The translations under genes were made by a program, and so were the position numbers. Below are positions 37,500-51,561 of a stretch of DNA of 64,000 nt, piece after piece. Numbering within the stretch: the first letter of the stretch is position 1; every line of letters begins with the position of its first letter. A model generated the notes under the pieces. The model had not been told where the DNA came from, made no database searches, and saw only the letters and a program-made list of their open reading frames with translations. Origin of the DNA: Octopus vulgaris (taxonomy: Eukaryota); contig OX597817.1 in NCBI GenBank assembly GCA_951406725.2, forward strand, positions 83,700,001-83,764,000, in the 5' to 3' direction.

Positions 37500-39080
37500 C
37501 TTCAGAAGTACCACATATCACCATATATCTTGTCATTTCTTCTGTGACATGAAGCATCTTCAGGTCAATGTTCAGCAAGTTTTTCTTGGTCTCCGTTTTC
37601 TGCAGGTTTCATTAACTTGGAGTGCTCTGCACCTCCTTAGAAAGTTATCATTTTAAATACATATCACATTCCCCTAACAACACAGCTCCCTCTCTTATGT
37701 ACTACACCTGACTTCTCTTATACACAATTTTGCTCTGAATTCAGTTGTACTCCGATGTGCATGCTCACTAACATTACTTGTACATCAAAGCATGCTTCAT
37801 TTCTTTCTAGCCTTTGCACGTCTTCAAGACCCATGTCTCACTACTATGTAGTGTCACAATTCTCACACATACATCACACAATCCACCTGTAACTCTGAGG
37901 GTAAGACCTTTGTTTCTAACAGACATACTGTCTCCCTGATCTTTTCTAACCTATTTTTACCCTGGTCATTACACTTTCTGAACAATCACCACCTCTGTTA
38001 TTTATGTTGCCTACGTAATAGAACCTATTGATTACATCATTTGAGCCAATCAGGCTCCTTCTTATTTCAACTTTCATTTTTGCTAAGTTTACCTTGAGGT
38101 AAGAAACTTATTTATAGATTTCACTTACATACTTTGAATTTGTTATTTGATTTTTCTAGAGATTCAGCAGTTAAAACTAGGTTATCAGGATATAAAAGTC
38201 CCCACTGGCAGCTAGTCTTGAACTTTTCTATGATGACCTGTAAGATTATGATGAATAAGAAAGGCCTGAGGACTAAACATTGGTGACCCTCTAACTTCAT
38301 ACTAAACTTGTCCATTAAACTCATTGCTGATTCTCACTTTAATTACTGTATCTTTGTACATATCTTATATAGTTCTCTCGTGCCTTTTATCTACATCTAG
38401 TTTCCTTAGTTTCTTATTTCTTTACTGCCCACAAGGGGCTAAATATAGAGGAGACAAACAAGGTCAGACAAGGGGATTAAGTCAATTATATCGACCCCAG
38501 TGTGTAACTGGTACTTATTTAATCGACCCCGAAAGGATGAAAGTCAAAGTCGACCTCGGCAGAATTTGAACTCAGAACGTAGTGGCAGATGAAATACCTC
38601 TAAGCATTTTGCCCGGCATGCTAACGTTTCTGCCTGCTCACTACCTTAGTTTCTATCAGATTACAGGGTGTGACAGCTGTCAAAAGCCTTCTCCAAGTCA
38701 ACGAAGGCCAAGTATACTGGTTTACTTTTTCCTAACTATTTCTCGTGCAGTTGTCTTACCTGCATTTCATCAAGGCTTACTTAATTCCTGATTGATTGTT
38801 CTGTGGCCCTCTGCATGACCTTCTTAGCCTGGTCCAGTAATTTTAAGCTTCTATCTTTCCTCCTCTCTGCTGCATCTCCTTTATCCATATCACAGTTTAC
38901 ACTGATACTGCTATGCCAGTGATCGAGCATGATACTTCCCTGTGTTACTTGATTAACTTTTTGAATAACTAACATCCTACTTCACCAGATATTTTGAGCA
39001 TCTCTGCAACTATCCTTGATTGGCCAGCAGCTTTCCCTACTTTCACATCTTTGATCACTCTATCTACCACACTACTGTAC
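37500..39080 (-). mobile_element. Heavily decayed RTE LINE RT fragment interrupted by a SINE
   Basis: Residual WGLLYPDNLVL and LKLLDQAKKVMQR peptides colinear with the 12582 ORF. Confidence 0.75.
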
Positions 39081-39109
39081 TGTCAATATATCTTCTATCC
39101 TTTACCTTT

Positions 39110-39480
39110 TACTTGTTTCAGTCATTGGACTGTGGCCAAGTTGGGGCACCACCCTGAAGGGTTTTAGTCAAGCAAATTAGCCCCAGAACTTTAAAGCTTA
39201 GTACTTATTCTATAATTCTCTATTGCTGAACTGCTAAATTACAGGGACATAAACAAACCAACTCTGGTTGTCATGTCATAGTGGGAGTCAAATACAAACA
39301 CGAAGACACATGCACATAAATACATACATGTATACAACAGGCTTCTTATAGTTTCCATCTACCAAGCCAACTTGATGCTTTGTTTGACCAGGGTTATAGT
39401 AAATGACACTTGCTAGGCTGAAAGTAGAACCATGTGGCTGGGAAGTAAACTTCCTCACCACACGGTCACAGCTGCGCCTA
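39110..39480 (-). mobile_element. Decayed CORE-like SINE
   Basis: Reverse-complement match to the 5646 family; similar copies at 47570-47880 (-), 53095-53460 (-), 59986-60357 (+). Confidence 0.7.
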
Positions 39481-40841
39481 CTAGGAAATGAACCACTGAT
39501 GTTATTTTATCACTGTTTTGGAGTGGGTATACAAAAGGCAATGGGTGACCTCTCAATGACCAGCCAAAACTTCGGTGACTTATTGAGGTTAGAAGGTAAT
39601 ATTTTGTGACATCAATGACTTTCGTCAGACCAAATAATGCGAAACAGTGTTTGGGATATCCGTTTATCACTTGACTCGGAAAATATAATCCTTTGTGAGA
39701 TAAAACAACCTTGAATTTATGAGTAAAAAACGTTTGAATTACTTTAATCCTGTAATGATTGCATATTAGCAATGTATGCGGAGTCAAAATGTTACATGAG
39801 TGTATGTTGAAATAATTTACATCTTTGGGTCACCAGCTGTCTCTACAAACAAGCGATACGAGAAGATAAGATGGTACATGTTGCCCTTTAGTTTATAAAA
39901 GATCTGTCCTCTCGTAATTTAGCTATTAAAATGAAAATGTTATAAAGGGAGATTACTCAATGCTGAATTATTTCTCTTGGACTATTTTCTCTTAAACAGT
40001 GGCGGTGGTGTTGATGTTGATTGTGGTAGAGACGGTGGTAGTAAGAAATATAATGAACATAAGAAATTAGCCGCAGTAAATTTCCTCGAATCGAAAATAC
40101 CTTATATACATTTTGTATATCAGAAACGTATCAATATATATCGGGTGGGGGTGGACTAAACTGTTCTCTCTCTCAGATATAAGCAAAATAAACTGTCATT
40201 CAATAAGCATTTTTTCTCAAACCACACATGACCAATTATCTTCAGTTTCTATTGATTAAAGTACATGAAAGAAAAATCTTTTATATTCCTCATTATGATC
40301 TTAAAGCAAACAATAGGGTGGGATGCATTGCAAGTGGAAAAATAGAAGAGAAAAGAAAAAGAGCACCACATCACCATCATCTTCATCATTTATTATTTTC
40401 CCTTTCATTAGTTTGTTATCATTATCTCCATCAGTATCTTCACTACCACCCCACTTACGACCATCATCGCTAGCATCATCAATATTGCAGTTTTCCATCT
40501 TATCAGACTACTTCATTCAAGGTAATGTATAGAATGATTATAACACCATGAGATAAGGTGGCGAGCTGGCAGACACGTTTGCACACTGGGCCAAATGCTT
40601 AGTGGTATTTTGTTTATCGTTACGTTCTAAGTTCAAATTTTGCCAAGGTCGACTTTGCCTTTCATCATTTCGGGGTCTATAAATAAAGTACCAGTTTCGC
40701 ACTGGGGTCGATGTAATCAACTTAATCTCTTTGTCTGTCCTTGTTTGTCCCCTCTATGTTTAGCCCCTTGTGGGCAATAAAGAAATATATAACGTCATGA
40801 GATACATAGTTTCAATTATCAGCCTCTGTTGTTATTTTTAG

Positions 40842-40926
40842 GTTTTATCAACAGGACAGAACATCATTTTACTGAGCCTGATGCTTTTTGAAATTAACGC
40901 TGACAACACAGTGGTACTAGACATTG
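40842..40926 (+). CDS. FOCAD: FOCAD exon f (85 nt): VLSTGQNIILLSLMLFEINADNTVVLDI
   Basis: tttttag acceptor, gtaagt donor; its phase 0-1 is needed to join exons e and g. Confidence 0.82.
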
Positions 40927-41594
40927 GTAAGTGATGACAGTTTTTCTCCACCAACTCCAGAATCAACCTTACCTTTATCATCATTTTCATGTCTGCTCTC
41001 TACCTGTCTATATGGTAAATTCTTCACTGCATTTTTGATGACTCTCTCTTTGCTGACAGCATCTTAAAACATGGCTTACATACTCCTCAAGCCACCAAGT
41101 TGTCTAAAACACCACACTAGAGGTTATGGTACACTGTCAAAGGCCTGCTATTTATATGCTTGCATAGTTCAGACGAGACCTCTGTAACTCAGTGTCTTGA
41201 TGTTTATTGCATTGCTTTGTCCTCTTCACCATTCTGATTTCAGCTTTCACCACTTCTGCTCATATCTTCCATCATCTTTCTCTACAATTGTATTTCTGCT
41301 TGGAACTCCTAACACTTCTTTATTTGTCGGTTACACACCACAGGCATCACATGTTTATACCAATGTAGTTGTCTCTCTTAACTGTTTACCATTCAGATTA
41401 CTTTGTCAAATATAATACATATTCAACCACATTAATTTGAATTAAACATACATTATCTTGTAGCATTGAGATTTCAATGGTGTGATTACTTTAGTTTTGA
41501 ATGACAATGTTAGGTAGGTGGAAGAGGCCAGAACTGGCTTGTTTGAATATAAAACAGGTAGAAAAAGGTTTGGGGCCAGATATGGCTAGTTTAA

Positions 41595-42661
41595 CCCTTT
41601 CGTTACCAAACTGCCCGAAAAAAATTTTGGTTAATGTGACCAAGCCGCTCAAAACCGCCCAAATTTACCTATTCATATTTAAATGAGAATATCAGAGCAA
41701 ATCTCTTTAGTACATTCGTGAAAACACGTATTATACTTCGTAAAGAGTTCAACTACAGTTTTGTACAAAAATCGAAGTGTAATTTTAATTCTGTGAATTT
41801 TGGGAGATTTTTTTCCGAAATTTGTTCCTATTGTGTTTTCAAAATTTGTAATTCTGACATAAAATGGATACGAATTTCATTATATCAAGCAGCGAGTCAG
41901 AATTCGAAGGATTTTCTACTGAAGACCTTCATAAATCTAACTCTATGACTGAAAAAAAAAAGCATGTGGTATTTGATAATGAATCTGATGTTTCATTTTC
42001 CGAAAGTGAAAACAGTGAATCCGAGAGCTCCGACAGCGATAAAGAAAATGAATTGGCACCTGAATGGAGTGAAAATTTAAAAACTGTGTCTTTCGGTGAT
42101 TTTTCTGAAGAAACTGGACCAAGCCACAGACTTTCCCAGAAGAGTAAAGCCTTAGACTATTTCTTTTTACTTTTTCGAATGAGCCTATTTGAAATCATTA
42201 CGGCGGAAACGAACCGTTACGCTAAATGTAAACAAAACGAAAGAAAGTGGTTTCCCATAACCTTAAATGAAATTAAGACTATTTTGCCATAAATATTATT
42301 ATGGGTATCAGAAAGTTACCCAGAATAACAAATTCTATCGTAAAATTTTGTTGTATACCCAATTGAATATTAGCTAATAACCTATTTTCTATAACGATGT
42401 TTGAACAAAATTTTAATAATTTTATATTTTGTGGAATTTACCTGTATCTACCTGCAATTAGAGACACTTTGTGACAAAAATTATAGTAAAGAATTGGTTG
42501 AGAACATTTCATTAAATTATCTTCCAAAATTCACGTTAATATATTGATAAATAAAAAAGTTATAGTAGTTTAATGAAACCAGACTAAATTTATGATTACG
42601 TTAGAAATTAATTGAAACACATAAGGGGTGTATTTTGGTCAGAAATATAGTAACTAAAGGG
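41595..42661 (+). mobile_element. Internally deleted piggyBac element retaining the transposase N-terminus
   Basis: TTAA|CCCTTTCGTTAC...GTAACTAAAGGG|TTAA; ORF 41864-42292 has an acidic N-terminus and DYFFLLF..IITAETNRYA..WFPITLNEIK. Confidence 0.88.
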
Positions 42662-44154
42662 TTAAATGCTAAAGGGTTATTGTTATCATATTTGTCTTGA
42701 ACTACACCCTCTTTCTTTCAATTAATTTTGAAAATTATAAGGAATTTACTAAAATATCTCAGTCCTTATTAAGCTGCTAATTGGAACATAAATCAACATG
42801 AAATTCTAATGGGAAATTTTAATTTAGATCAATTTATACAGAAAGTTTTTATCAAAGAAGCTGGAACAGTCTTGGATGGTTGGGTTGGTATCATGAGGGT
42901 TAAACATGACATCTAACATGATATTCTTTGTTATTCAGTTTCTTTCTCACTTCAGCCACATCACATCATTCATACACACAAGCATTACAACCAACAGTGG
43001 AAAGGTGAATAGAAACAGAAAGAGAAGACATAAGAAAAGAAAATGTCCACTTTTTGCATCTACCGTCTTCTCATTTTTTCCTCATTATTTCTCTTGTACC
43101 AGAATCCTTAATTGCAAGTTGAATAGACCATATGCTCTCAGAGCCTCAAGGTTGCTTGGAAACATAAGGCATGTTGTGAAAACCTGCCTAGACACAAGTC
43201 TCCAATGCAAGAAACTATTAGGAGCTCATATCTTTAGACTCTTTACATTAAATGAGATATATATATATGTGGAGGTGCGTGGCTTAGTGGTTAGGGTGTC
43301 AGCACCAGGATCATAAGATTGTGGTTTCGATTCCTGGACCGGGCAGCACGTTGTGTTCTTGAGCAAAACACTTCATTTCACATTGCTTCTGTCCACTCAG
43401 CTGGCAAAAATCAGTAATGCTGTGATGGACTGGCGTCCCATCCACCTGGGGAACACATATGCCATAGAAACAGGGAAACTGGGCCCATGAGCCTGGCTAG
43501 GCTTTAAAAGGGTGCATTTATTTATTTATTATTATGTATATGTATATATATATAATATATATGAGTGGGTGTGTGATAAGAAGCTTGCTTCTCAACCACA
43601 TAGTTCCAGGTTCAGTCCCACTGCATAGCACCTTGGGCGAATGTCTTCTGCTATAGCTTTGGGGCAACCAAAGCCTTGTGAGTGGATTTGGTAGACGGAA
43701 AGGGAAAGAAATCCATTAGATTTTAATTTTTATTCCTATTTTGATGTTATAGTTTACTACACATATAGATGTGCATACATATTGATATGTCTGTCTTTTT
43801 TTCTCTTTCATCTCTCTCACTATTATTACTGTTATTTTTTCCCTATTACCCCTTTTGTATTCTCCCTTATTGTATCTTATTTTAATTTACTTTATTTTAT
43901 TAAACATTTTAAAACAGATTTACGAATTCAATAACCATACATATCTTACATCTATTTTCTTTCCTCCACCTCACTCTCTATTTGTATCACATTGAAACTA
44001 ACTATGACTTAATTTTTCCTCTCACACTGTCTCCGATGAAGGGATATTATTAATTAATATCCTAGAAACAGCTATAAGACCTTCTATCTATAATATCTAT
44101 ACAGCCTTGATTTTTTATCTCATTACGCAAAAAATTCTTATATATATATATATA

Positions 44155-46229
44155 CTAGCTGGTGTACCTGGTAATTCCTGGGGGTAAAGATGTTCTATTG
44201 AAACGCCGTATTACTCTGATATAAGAAAGTAATTTCATTATAACTGCCACAAAAGGTGCATTTTCCATCACGTAAACATACAAAAACTGTCAGCTGGAGG
44301 AGGGAGAGATTGTTGGAGTTTGGTGAAAGAGGTTTTCAGAGGCTGGCGAGAGAGGTTGTTGGAGGTTGTGGAGAGAGAGGCATCTTCGTTCCAAAATTTC
44401 AGTCTTGCAGAGCTTCATATTAAACAATGTTTTTGGTTTTGCCGTTGGGTGCATAGATGAATAAATTTTTCGGATTTCCATCTCTAGAGCATCCAACATA
44501 GCCTTTTGAAATCAATTTTTGTGTCAGAAGGAATCAATCAGAGGAATCTTTGGAATGAAAACATCTTCACCACTTGCTGTCTGTGAGAAAAAGCAGGTTC
44601 TGCAAGATTAAGACCTACTGCTTTCAATGTCTGACCCTGTGCTTTGTTGTTGCTCATTGCAAAGCTTAATCTCAATGGGAATTTTAGCCTTTTGAAATCA
44701 ATTTTTGTGTCTGAAGGAATCAGAGGAATCTTTGGAATGAAGACATCTTCACCACTTGCTTTCCCATCAATTTTTTGATAATAAGTCTTGTGCCATTGCA
44801 TAATTTTGGAAGATTGAGGTTTCTTAAAACCATAACTGGGGCTCCAGCTTTTAGATGCAATTTATACAGTGGTAGACCTGAAGGTGCAAGGCTATTGAGG
44901 AATTCAACAGGGTAATGAACAGTATCATTGGTATGGAGCAAAGTATCAAGTGACTTGTATGTTCGACGTCAGAGTTATGGGCATTCATAGTGTGATGAAA
45001 TTTAATTGAAAACCCTGCATGCAGGCAGCATTTAGTTAGTTGGAGATGTTGAAGAAATGTCTTTTAATGCAATATGTAAATTAATTACAGCAAAATGTAT
45101 ATAACTGTAAAGATATTGAATTAGAATAGACAAAGAATTATTGTTTTATTTTGTAAATATGAAACATAATGAATGAAAAACTTACTTCAGATCGCCATTG
45201 TCACATTAGAGTAGCTTGTGAAGTAGAAGCACCCAGTCGTACTCTGACTCATCATGGCATTTTAAAGGTGAACTTTATAAAGGCTAATTTATTAAAGGTA
45301 ATATATGAATATAGTATATATGTATAGAAATATATGAAGGAAGTGTTAGAATAAAGTGCAATAATAACATTCACACTTACTGGTGGTCACTGTCAGTAAC
45401 TGTGTTTAGCTAACGGGGTTCTTGTTTTTATAACTATCAAAAAGCAGCCAGAAGGATAGACATATTGTTGAGAACAAATGATTTCGTTGGAGGTCTGTTA
45501 TCTCCATTCCAGCCTCTGGTGGCCTAGAAGAGGTTAGAAGGTTCAAGTGGCAAAGACATTTTTCTGCTTATAGGAGGCATCTGGGAAATGTATAACTGCT
45601 GTCATTCATAGAAAAACTTGTTTTACCATGAGAAAAGCACTGTTGAAGAGTTAAGTGAAATTTGGCAATCAAGGATCGAATCCACACTATGTCTGCATGA
45701 AGCCACTACAAATATGTTGTGGAAAAAAAAAATTATCTACAGTCATGGAGAAAGTGTAACTGTAAAAATGCAGAATTATCGGAGTAATGGCTTTCAAAAA
45801 AGTATGTATATATATAGAAATGTATGAATGAAGAGATTCAAATTAAGGAGGTTCAATGATAACGTTTAGCAGTTCAAAACTGAGTAGTGAAATACAGAAT
45901 TTGGTTGGCTGATCGTTGGTTCAAAGTAATCAAATATAAACGATGAAATGGGGGTTATTTCCCTTGAGTATTTAAAAAAAAAATTGTGTAGGTAGTATGA
46001 GTTATTTCCCTGCATATTAAAAAAAAAATTAATTATATAAGGTAGATATAAAGGTCCCTTCCAAGGGCTGTAGTATCGATTTTTTCAATAGTCTAATTAT
46101 GTCACAAGGTTTCCAGACATGAGTTCTACTCACGTGTCAAGTTTCATCAAAATCAATAAAACAATGTTGGAAGAGTTAGCTAACAACCCCACAAACAAAC
46201 ACACACTGATTTTTCATATATGTAGTAGA
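44155..46229 (-). mobile_element. Non-autonomous Helitron with a C-terminal helicase remnant
   Basis: Minus strand A|TC... start and imperfect hairpin + CTAG|T end; 44400-44965 encodes YPVEFLNSL..SGLP..LRNLN..LCNGTRL, FAMSNNKAQGQT, YVGCSR..KTKNIV. Confidence 0.85.
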
Positions 46230-46333
46230 TATCATATTTGTATATATTCTGTATATATAGTATAAGTTTATTCCTTATCAACCTTCAATATTCAATATTG
46301 TTGTATTTCTTTCTTTCTTTTTTTTTCTTATAG

Positions 46334-46554
46334 CATTAATAATACTGAATACCAATAACACTGCTGTTCATCCTGTAGTCCATGGATGCTTAATATTGCC
46401 CTTGCTATATCTCATGCTGTCACCCCAAGCAGACCCTTTTACTCTACACACCATACAAACAAAGTCTACCTTCATTATAGAAGCTATGGAAAAAATTCAG
46501 CTAGATTACAAGGTCTCAGCCTCTTCAGAGACTGATTCAACTGCAGGGATGTTG
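46334..46554 (+). CDS. FOCAD: FOCAD exon g (221 nt): (A)LIILNTNNTAVHPVVHGCLILPLLYLML...DSTAGML
   Basis: Polypyrimidine tract + tag acceptor, gtgagt donor; overlaps ORF 46396..46641. Confidence 0.85.
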
Positions 46555-47088
46555 GTGAGTTTTCTCTTTCCTTTTCCTCTCTTGCCTCCCTTTATTTCTT
46601 GCTTCATCCATTCTGGAATATTTTGTTTTTTATCTCTATAATGCTTTGAGTTGATAGATGAGTGTCAAGTAATTTTATTCATTCGTTTCTTCCCCTGTAA
46701 CCCATTATTATTTAAACTAGCCATACCTGGCTAAAATAGTCTACCTGTTTTATGATCAAACCAGCTAGATTTGGTCTCTCACACTTATTCAATAATATCA
46801 TCCTAAAAATAATAGTAACATAATCAAAATCACAAAGTTAGAAGATGATGCACAATTAATTTAAAAACAATGTTTCATAAATATGCATTACATTTGACTG
46901 TGTATCTGACTGTTAAAGGGTTAAACTTGATATATCATGAATGTAATCATTGGTTCTCTGTCTAGCTAGCAAAAATTATATTACATACAGATGCTGTCTT
47001 AACTGAGTATTTCCCCTACTATTTATATATTGACATTTATATGCCATTTTCTCTTCTCTTTTTTTCTGTCTTCCTCTCAATATTCAAG

Positions 47089-47358
47089 CCAATTTCCTGG
47101 TCTGAAGAACCATGTATGACAGAAGGAGCATATCAAAGCAGACAGTATTTGAAATTGTGTTCTGATATAGTAAATGAATCAGAAATAAATTGTCTCCTGT
47201 TAATGAACAACATTCAAGAATCACTGACTGGCATCAATGAAATTCCTGTGATAATGACCAATTTTTTAGCATCATTATTTGTCACACCACAGTGTACAAA
47301 TTTCTCTGCAAATGCTATGAATGGTTTGCTTGTAGTTGCTGAAAAGGATGACAGGCAG
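47089..47358 (+). CDS. FOCAD: FOCAD exon h (270 nt): PISWSEEPCMTEGAYQSRQYLKLC...VAEKDDRQ
   Basis: First AG after polypyrimidine tract (aag), cag|gtaaga donor; inside ORF 47041..47388. Confidence 0.83.
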
Positions 47359-50023
47359 GTAAGATTGCTCTCTTCTAAAAAAAGATAGAATAAACTCTGA
47401 TTTCACTTAGATTATCTCTACAATAGCAGTTAACAGTTAGTAGAGATTAGATAACTGATTGGATAAATGGATGTTGGACTACTGACTCCTAGGTAACAGT
47501 TTCAAATATCCTGCAGGTACTTAAGTGTATTTCTGGGCAACTAGATGATGTTTTTATTTTTTTTTTTTTAAGGGTTTTAGGCAAATGAGTTGACACCAAT
47601 ATTTACTTTTTAAAGCCTGGTACCTATTCTATCAATCCCTTTTGCCAAACTGTTCAGTTAGGAGGACGTATACAAACCAACTCCTGTTGTCAATCACTGA
47701 TAGAGGACAAACACAAACACACTTATACAGAGATATGTACATATACATTGTTTCTGTCTATCAAATCCATTAACAAGGCTTTTATTGGCCCAGGGCCATA
47801 GTAGAAAGTATTTTCCTATTTTCCCAAGGTGCTATACAGTGGGTCTGAACCTAGAACCATGTGGTTGGGAAGCAACCTGTGCCTATTATTATTTTTTTAT
47901 GGTTTAATCTAGAGAGAGAAAAGGGTAGTTTCCTTTGCTTTTGAGCTTTCTGTTATCAGTGAGATTGATGTGGTTAATGTTCTTTTTAAAGAACTATAAA
48001 AGGATAGGATTCCAGTGGAATAACATCATGCAAAGAAAGGATTGTGCATAGTGATTGATTACTGTAGAGCAAAGACAGGAAAAAAACAATAAGGTTGATA
48101 ACTGAGATGGAAGTATTTTCAAATCCTAAAGAGGAAGACTAATCTTTAATATGCAATTTTTTTTTGTTTGTTATAAAACTCTACATGCCATCATAATCAT
48201 GTTCATTATCATTTTACATCTGCTTTCCATGCTAGGATGATTTGTATCAGGTGTTAATCAAAGTAACCATCCCCTAACTCTTTAGAAGACTACATCTGTC
48301 TATACACTCTATTTTAGTTTCTATTTCTGGATGTCCTTCTTATAGCCAGCTCCTTTACAGGAGTGTACTGTGCACATTTATATTGTGATACTAACATATT
48401 AGCTGTCATGTCCTTAACAACATTAATGAGTTATCTTCTCAACCTTACATTGTTTATTCATTGTAACAAGGCAGCAGGCATCTCTGCAATAAACTTATCA
48501 TTCTCACCAGAGGGAGGGATGCTCATTTTTTGGTCCTATTGTTCAGTTTCATCCAATCTCTGCCAGAATGGATTTCATATAAAGGATTTAGTTAGAAATA
48601 AATATCTCTCTTACTTGGGTAGCAGAGACAACAGGAAACTACTACTGCTGCTACTACTGCCACCACTGCTAACACCACCAAGAACAATGTTATTAGTTAG
48701 GAATTGATGCTGGGTAAGATATTAGTGTTAGGAAGATTATCTACCATAGAAATTATGCCAAAACAGACATTGGAACTGATGCAATCCTCCATCTCACTGG
48801 ATTTAGTCAAACTATCCAAACCATATGGCATGGAAGGTGAATGTTAAATGATGATGGTTAATATTCCTTCCTTTGGGACTTATATTTTTGAAGGAGTGGT
48901 ATGAGATTGTGGGCAGGTAGAGCTTGCAAGAAAGTAAGGAAGAGTGAGACACAGCTTAAGATAGGAGCTGGGTGTGAAGGCAAGTATTGTTAAGAACTTG
49001 TATTTAGGGATGATAAGAAGGGAAAGTAGGTAACACTGGAATGCATAAAGATGGTTCAAGTCCAAGAGGATTGGAAAATATTTGGGAAAAAAATTAAAGT
49101 GCTCCAAAAGCAGAAATGCTGTGGGAATGATATGACTTCAATGGATAAAATTTGAAAATGATTTGACAGCTATTTCTAACTGTTTTAGGAAACAGAATTA
49201 TGGACTAACTTACAGTTTTGTATATGTGTATCTTGTATTACAATTAGAAACTTGCATAAAACCATGGAATAATGGGGTTAATGATAATGTTTTCTGATTC
49301 TTTGAAGAAGAGTGCTATTGATTGAAGTACCCACCCCCCAAGGCTTGAGAGGTACATATATCATTGACCTTCAGAGGCTAAAATGTGAAGTTGACCTGTG
49401 TATATTTGAACTCAGATTGTAAAGGGATTGAACTAAATGTCATAAGGAATCTTGTCTGACACTCTAACAATAAATTATTATTATTTATAACATTGGCACC
49501 GGAATATCAGTTTTCCAGGAATTTTGATTACTACCAATATGTTATTGCTATATATTTTATCGACCACAGAAGTTTGGAAAACTTAGCCAACCTTGCTGAA
49601 ATTTCACCTGAGAACATAAAGGGACATAACTAAATACTACAAGGTATTTTGTCCTGGATTCCAGCTGCGATGCCATTTAGATCACTTTTTGAATGGCAGG
49701 AACTATAGGTAGTTAAGTTTCTTCATATAGCATTTTTTAAAAGCAGAGAGGTTTAGAAGTTACCCAGACCCCAGTAAGACAGACAGATGATATTAATTAC
49801 TATAACATATTTAATACAATCCTTTAACATTTCAGCAGATTTAATTTTATTTATAAATATCTTTTTTATATTTTTATTAAATGTAGTTGTTTCATTGAAA
49901 TATTATATCTAAATCTAGATCTATGGGTTTCTTACATGAATTTAAAATCATTTTCATTAAATCTCATCTATTAGTATTATATATGTATGTATCTTGTACA
50001 CGCCCTTCTTTTTTTCTTTTAAG

Positions 50024-50128
50024 GCTTCATTTTTGCTTCCCTTGTTTCTCTATCAAATTGGACGTGAACCAGATCCTAGTCGCAAACTGAACATCCTTAA
50101 AGCGATTCCTAAACTTGCTCAACATAAG
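50024..50128 (+). CDS. FOCAD: FOCAD exon i (105 nt): ASFLLPLFLYQIGREPDPSRKLNILKAIPKLAQHK
   Basis: ttttaag acceptor, aag|gtattc donor; resembles human LIPVLMFKLGRP..ILYTLPKLGVHK. Confidence 0.9.
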
Positions 50129-50446
50129 GTATTCCCATATATTTTTTTATTCTTATATATGTTTCAGCCCAAGGCTGTGGCCATGGTACCCTAATAATTT
50201 GTAGTTTGTTTTGGAGTACTTTTATGGCTTACTCTGAGGAAGAAGAGAAACATTGATACCAGCAATGCCTATTGAAAAGGAAAAAAAAAAGGAAGAAATC
50301 ACAACTAAATACAGGATGTTTGCATCAGAGAGGACTCTTTGAATGCCACCCAAATGTTATCATATTTCTGTTGAAATCCTTTGCCTTCGTTTCTGTTAAT
50401 TTTAAATATAATAAAGATTGTAGTAAAATAACTTTGTCATTATTAC

Positions 50447-50554
50447 CCTTTAACACACTGCATTTTCTCTAAAATTGTTTCCCCTGCCACTGCCCTGTTA
50501 CTACAGGGGAGAAAACTCATACAGTGACATGATGCAGCTACAGTGTGCTAAAGG
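50447..50554. mobile_element. Short piggyBac-type MITE nested in another MITE
   Basis: TIR CCTTTAACACACTG/CAGTGTGCTAAAGG; flanks TTAC and TTAA. Confidence 0.6.
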
Positions 50555-51253
50555 TTAAGCTGCTAGTTGGAACATAAATTGAACATGATATTTTGATGGA
50601 AGGTTTTCATTTAGATTACTTTAACATTTTTGTTATCATATCTCTGTTGAAATACACTGTATTGCTTCAGTTAATTGTGAAAATAATGAAGAATTTAGGA
50701 AAATAACTTTGATATTATGGTTGGAACATAAATTGAGCATGAAATTTTGATATAATGTAAGTCTATTTGAAACAAGAAGTTTGTATCATAGAACCAGAGG
50801 CAGTTGCAGGTAAGTCAGTATCAAAAGGGATTAAATGTAGTGAAGAATTTGGGGAAATAATGATGATTCATGTATTAAGCAAATAAAATGACAACAGACT
50901 TTCTGTTACTATATTGTTATTGATGTTGTTGTTGCTTAGCCCGGGTTAGCTTTGAGCAAACAAGCCTATGATCAAGACATTCCAACTTTGACCATCCTGT
51001 CTTTTCATATACCTAGTGCTACATCATTTAACGCATTCTTCATTTTTTAAAATAGTTAAAGTGTGATTTAAAGGATATTTCATTGCTTTTCATCCTGGAT
51101 TATCATCCACATAGGAGTTTACTATTGCTTTTGAAATTATTGTTATTGTTATGGTTGTTGTTGTCAGAGGTGATGTTCTGGTGTTTATTTTCTATTGCTA
51201 ACTTGATTTCAATAGTACAAAACTGTATAATACATTTACAAAATATTTGAATA

Positions 51254-51561
51254 CGCATTCTCCTCAACTTATGACCATCTGCACTTATGACCACAAAAAT
51301 AAGAAAATAAGAAAGTAAATAAATAATCAATCCTCGGATGTTAGGCAGCTGCGCATATGATAACTGTGACAGCATCTGGCAATGCAGGACTCCCTCCGAC
51401 CCAGGCATCCACTGCTTGCCACTGTCTTTCACTCAGATACTTTCAATAATCAGTCGCTTTTGAATGAAAATAGTGTTGAATAATATAAATCCACATACGA
51501 CCAGATTGACTTACAACCTGTCAGTTAGAATGGAACTCAGTCATAAGTCAAGGAAAAGGTG
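51254..51561. mobile_element. Tigger/pogo-like MITE
   Basis: TA|CGCATTCTCCTCAACTTATGAC ... GTCATAAGTCAAGGAAAAGGTG|TA, imperfect TIRs with TA flanks. Confidence 0.62.

Noticed and set aside
39500-40250. Possible Penelope-derived or other unique element
   Set aside because: CpG-richer than the flanks, but I could establish no ends, ORF motif or complete hammerhead.
41864-42292. PGBD-like host gene or extra FOCAD exon
   Set aside because: It is truncated and enclosed by TIRs and TTAA, and the FOCAD frame joins exons f and g without it.
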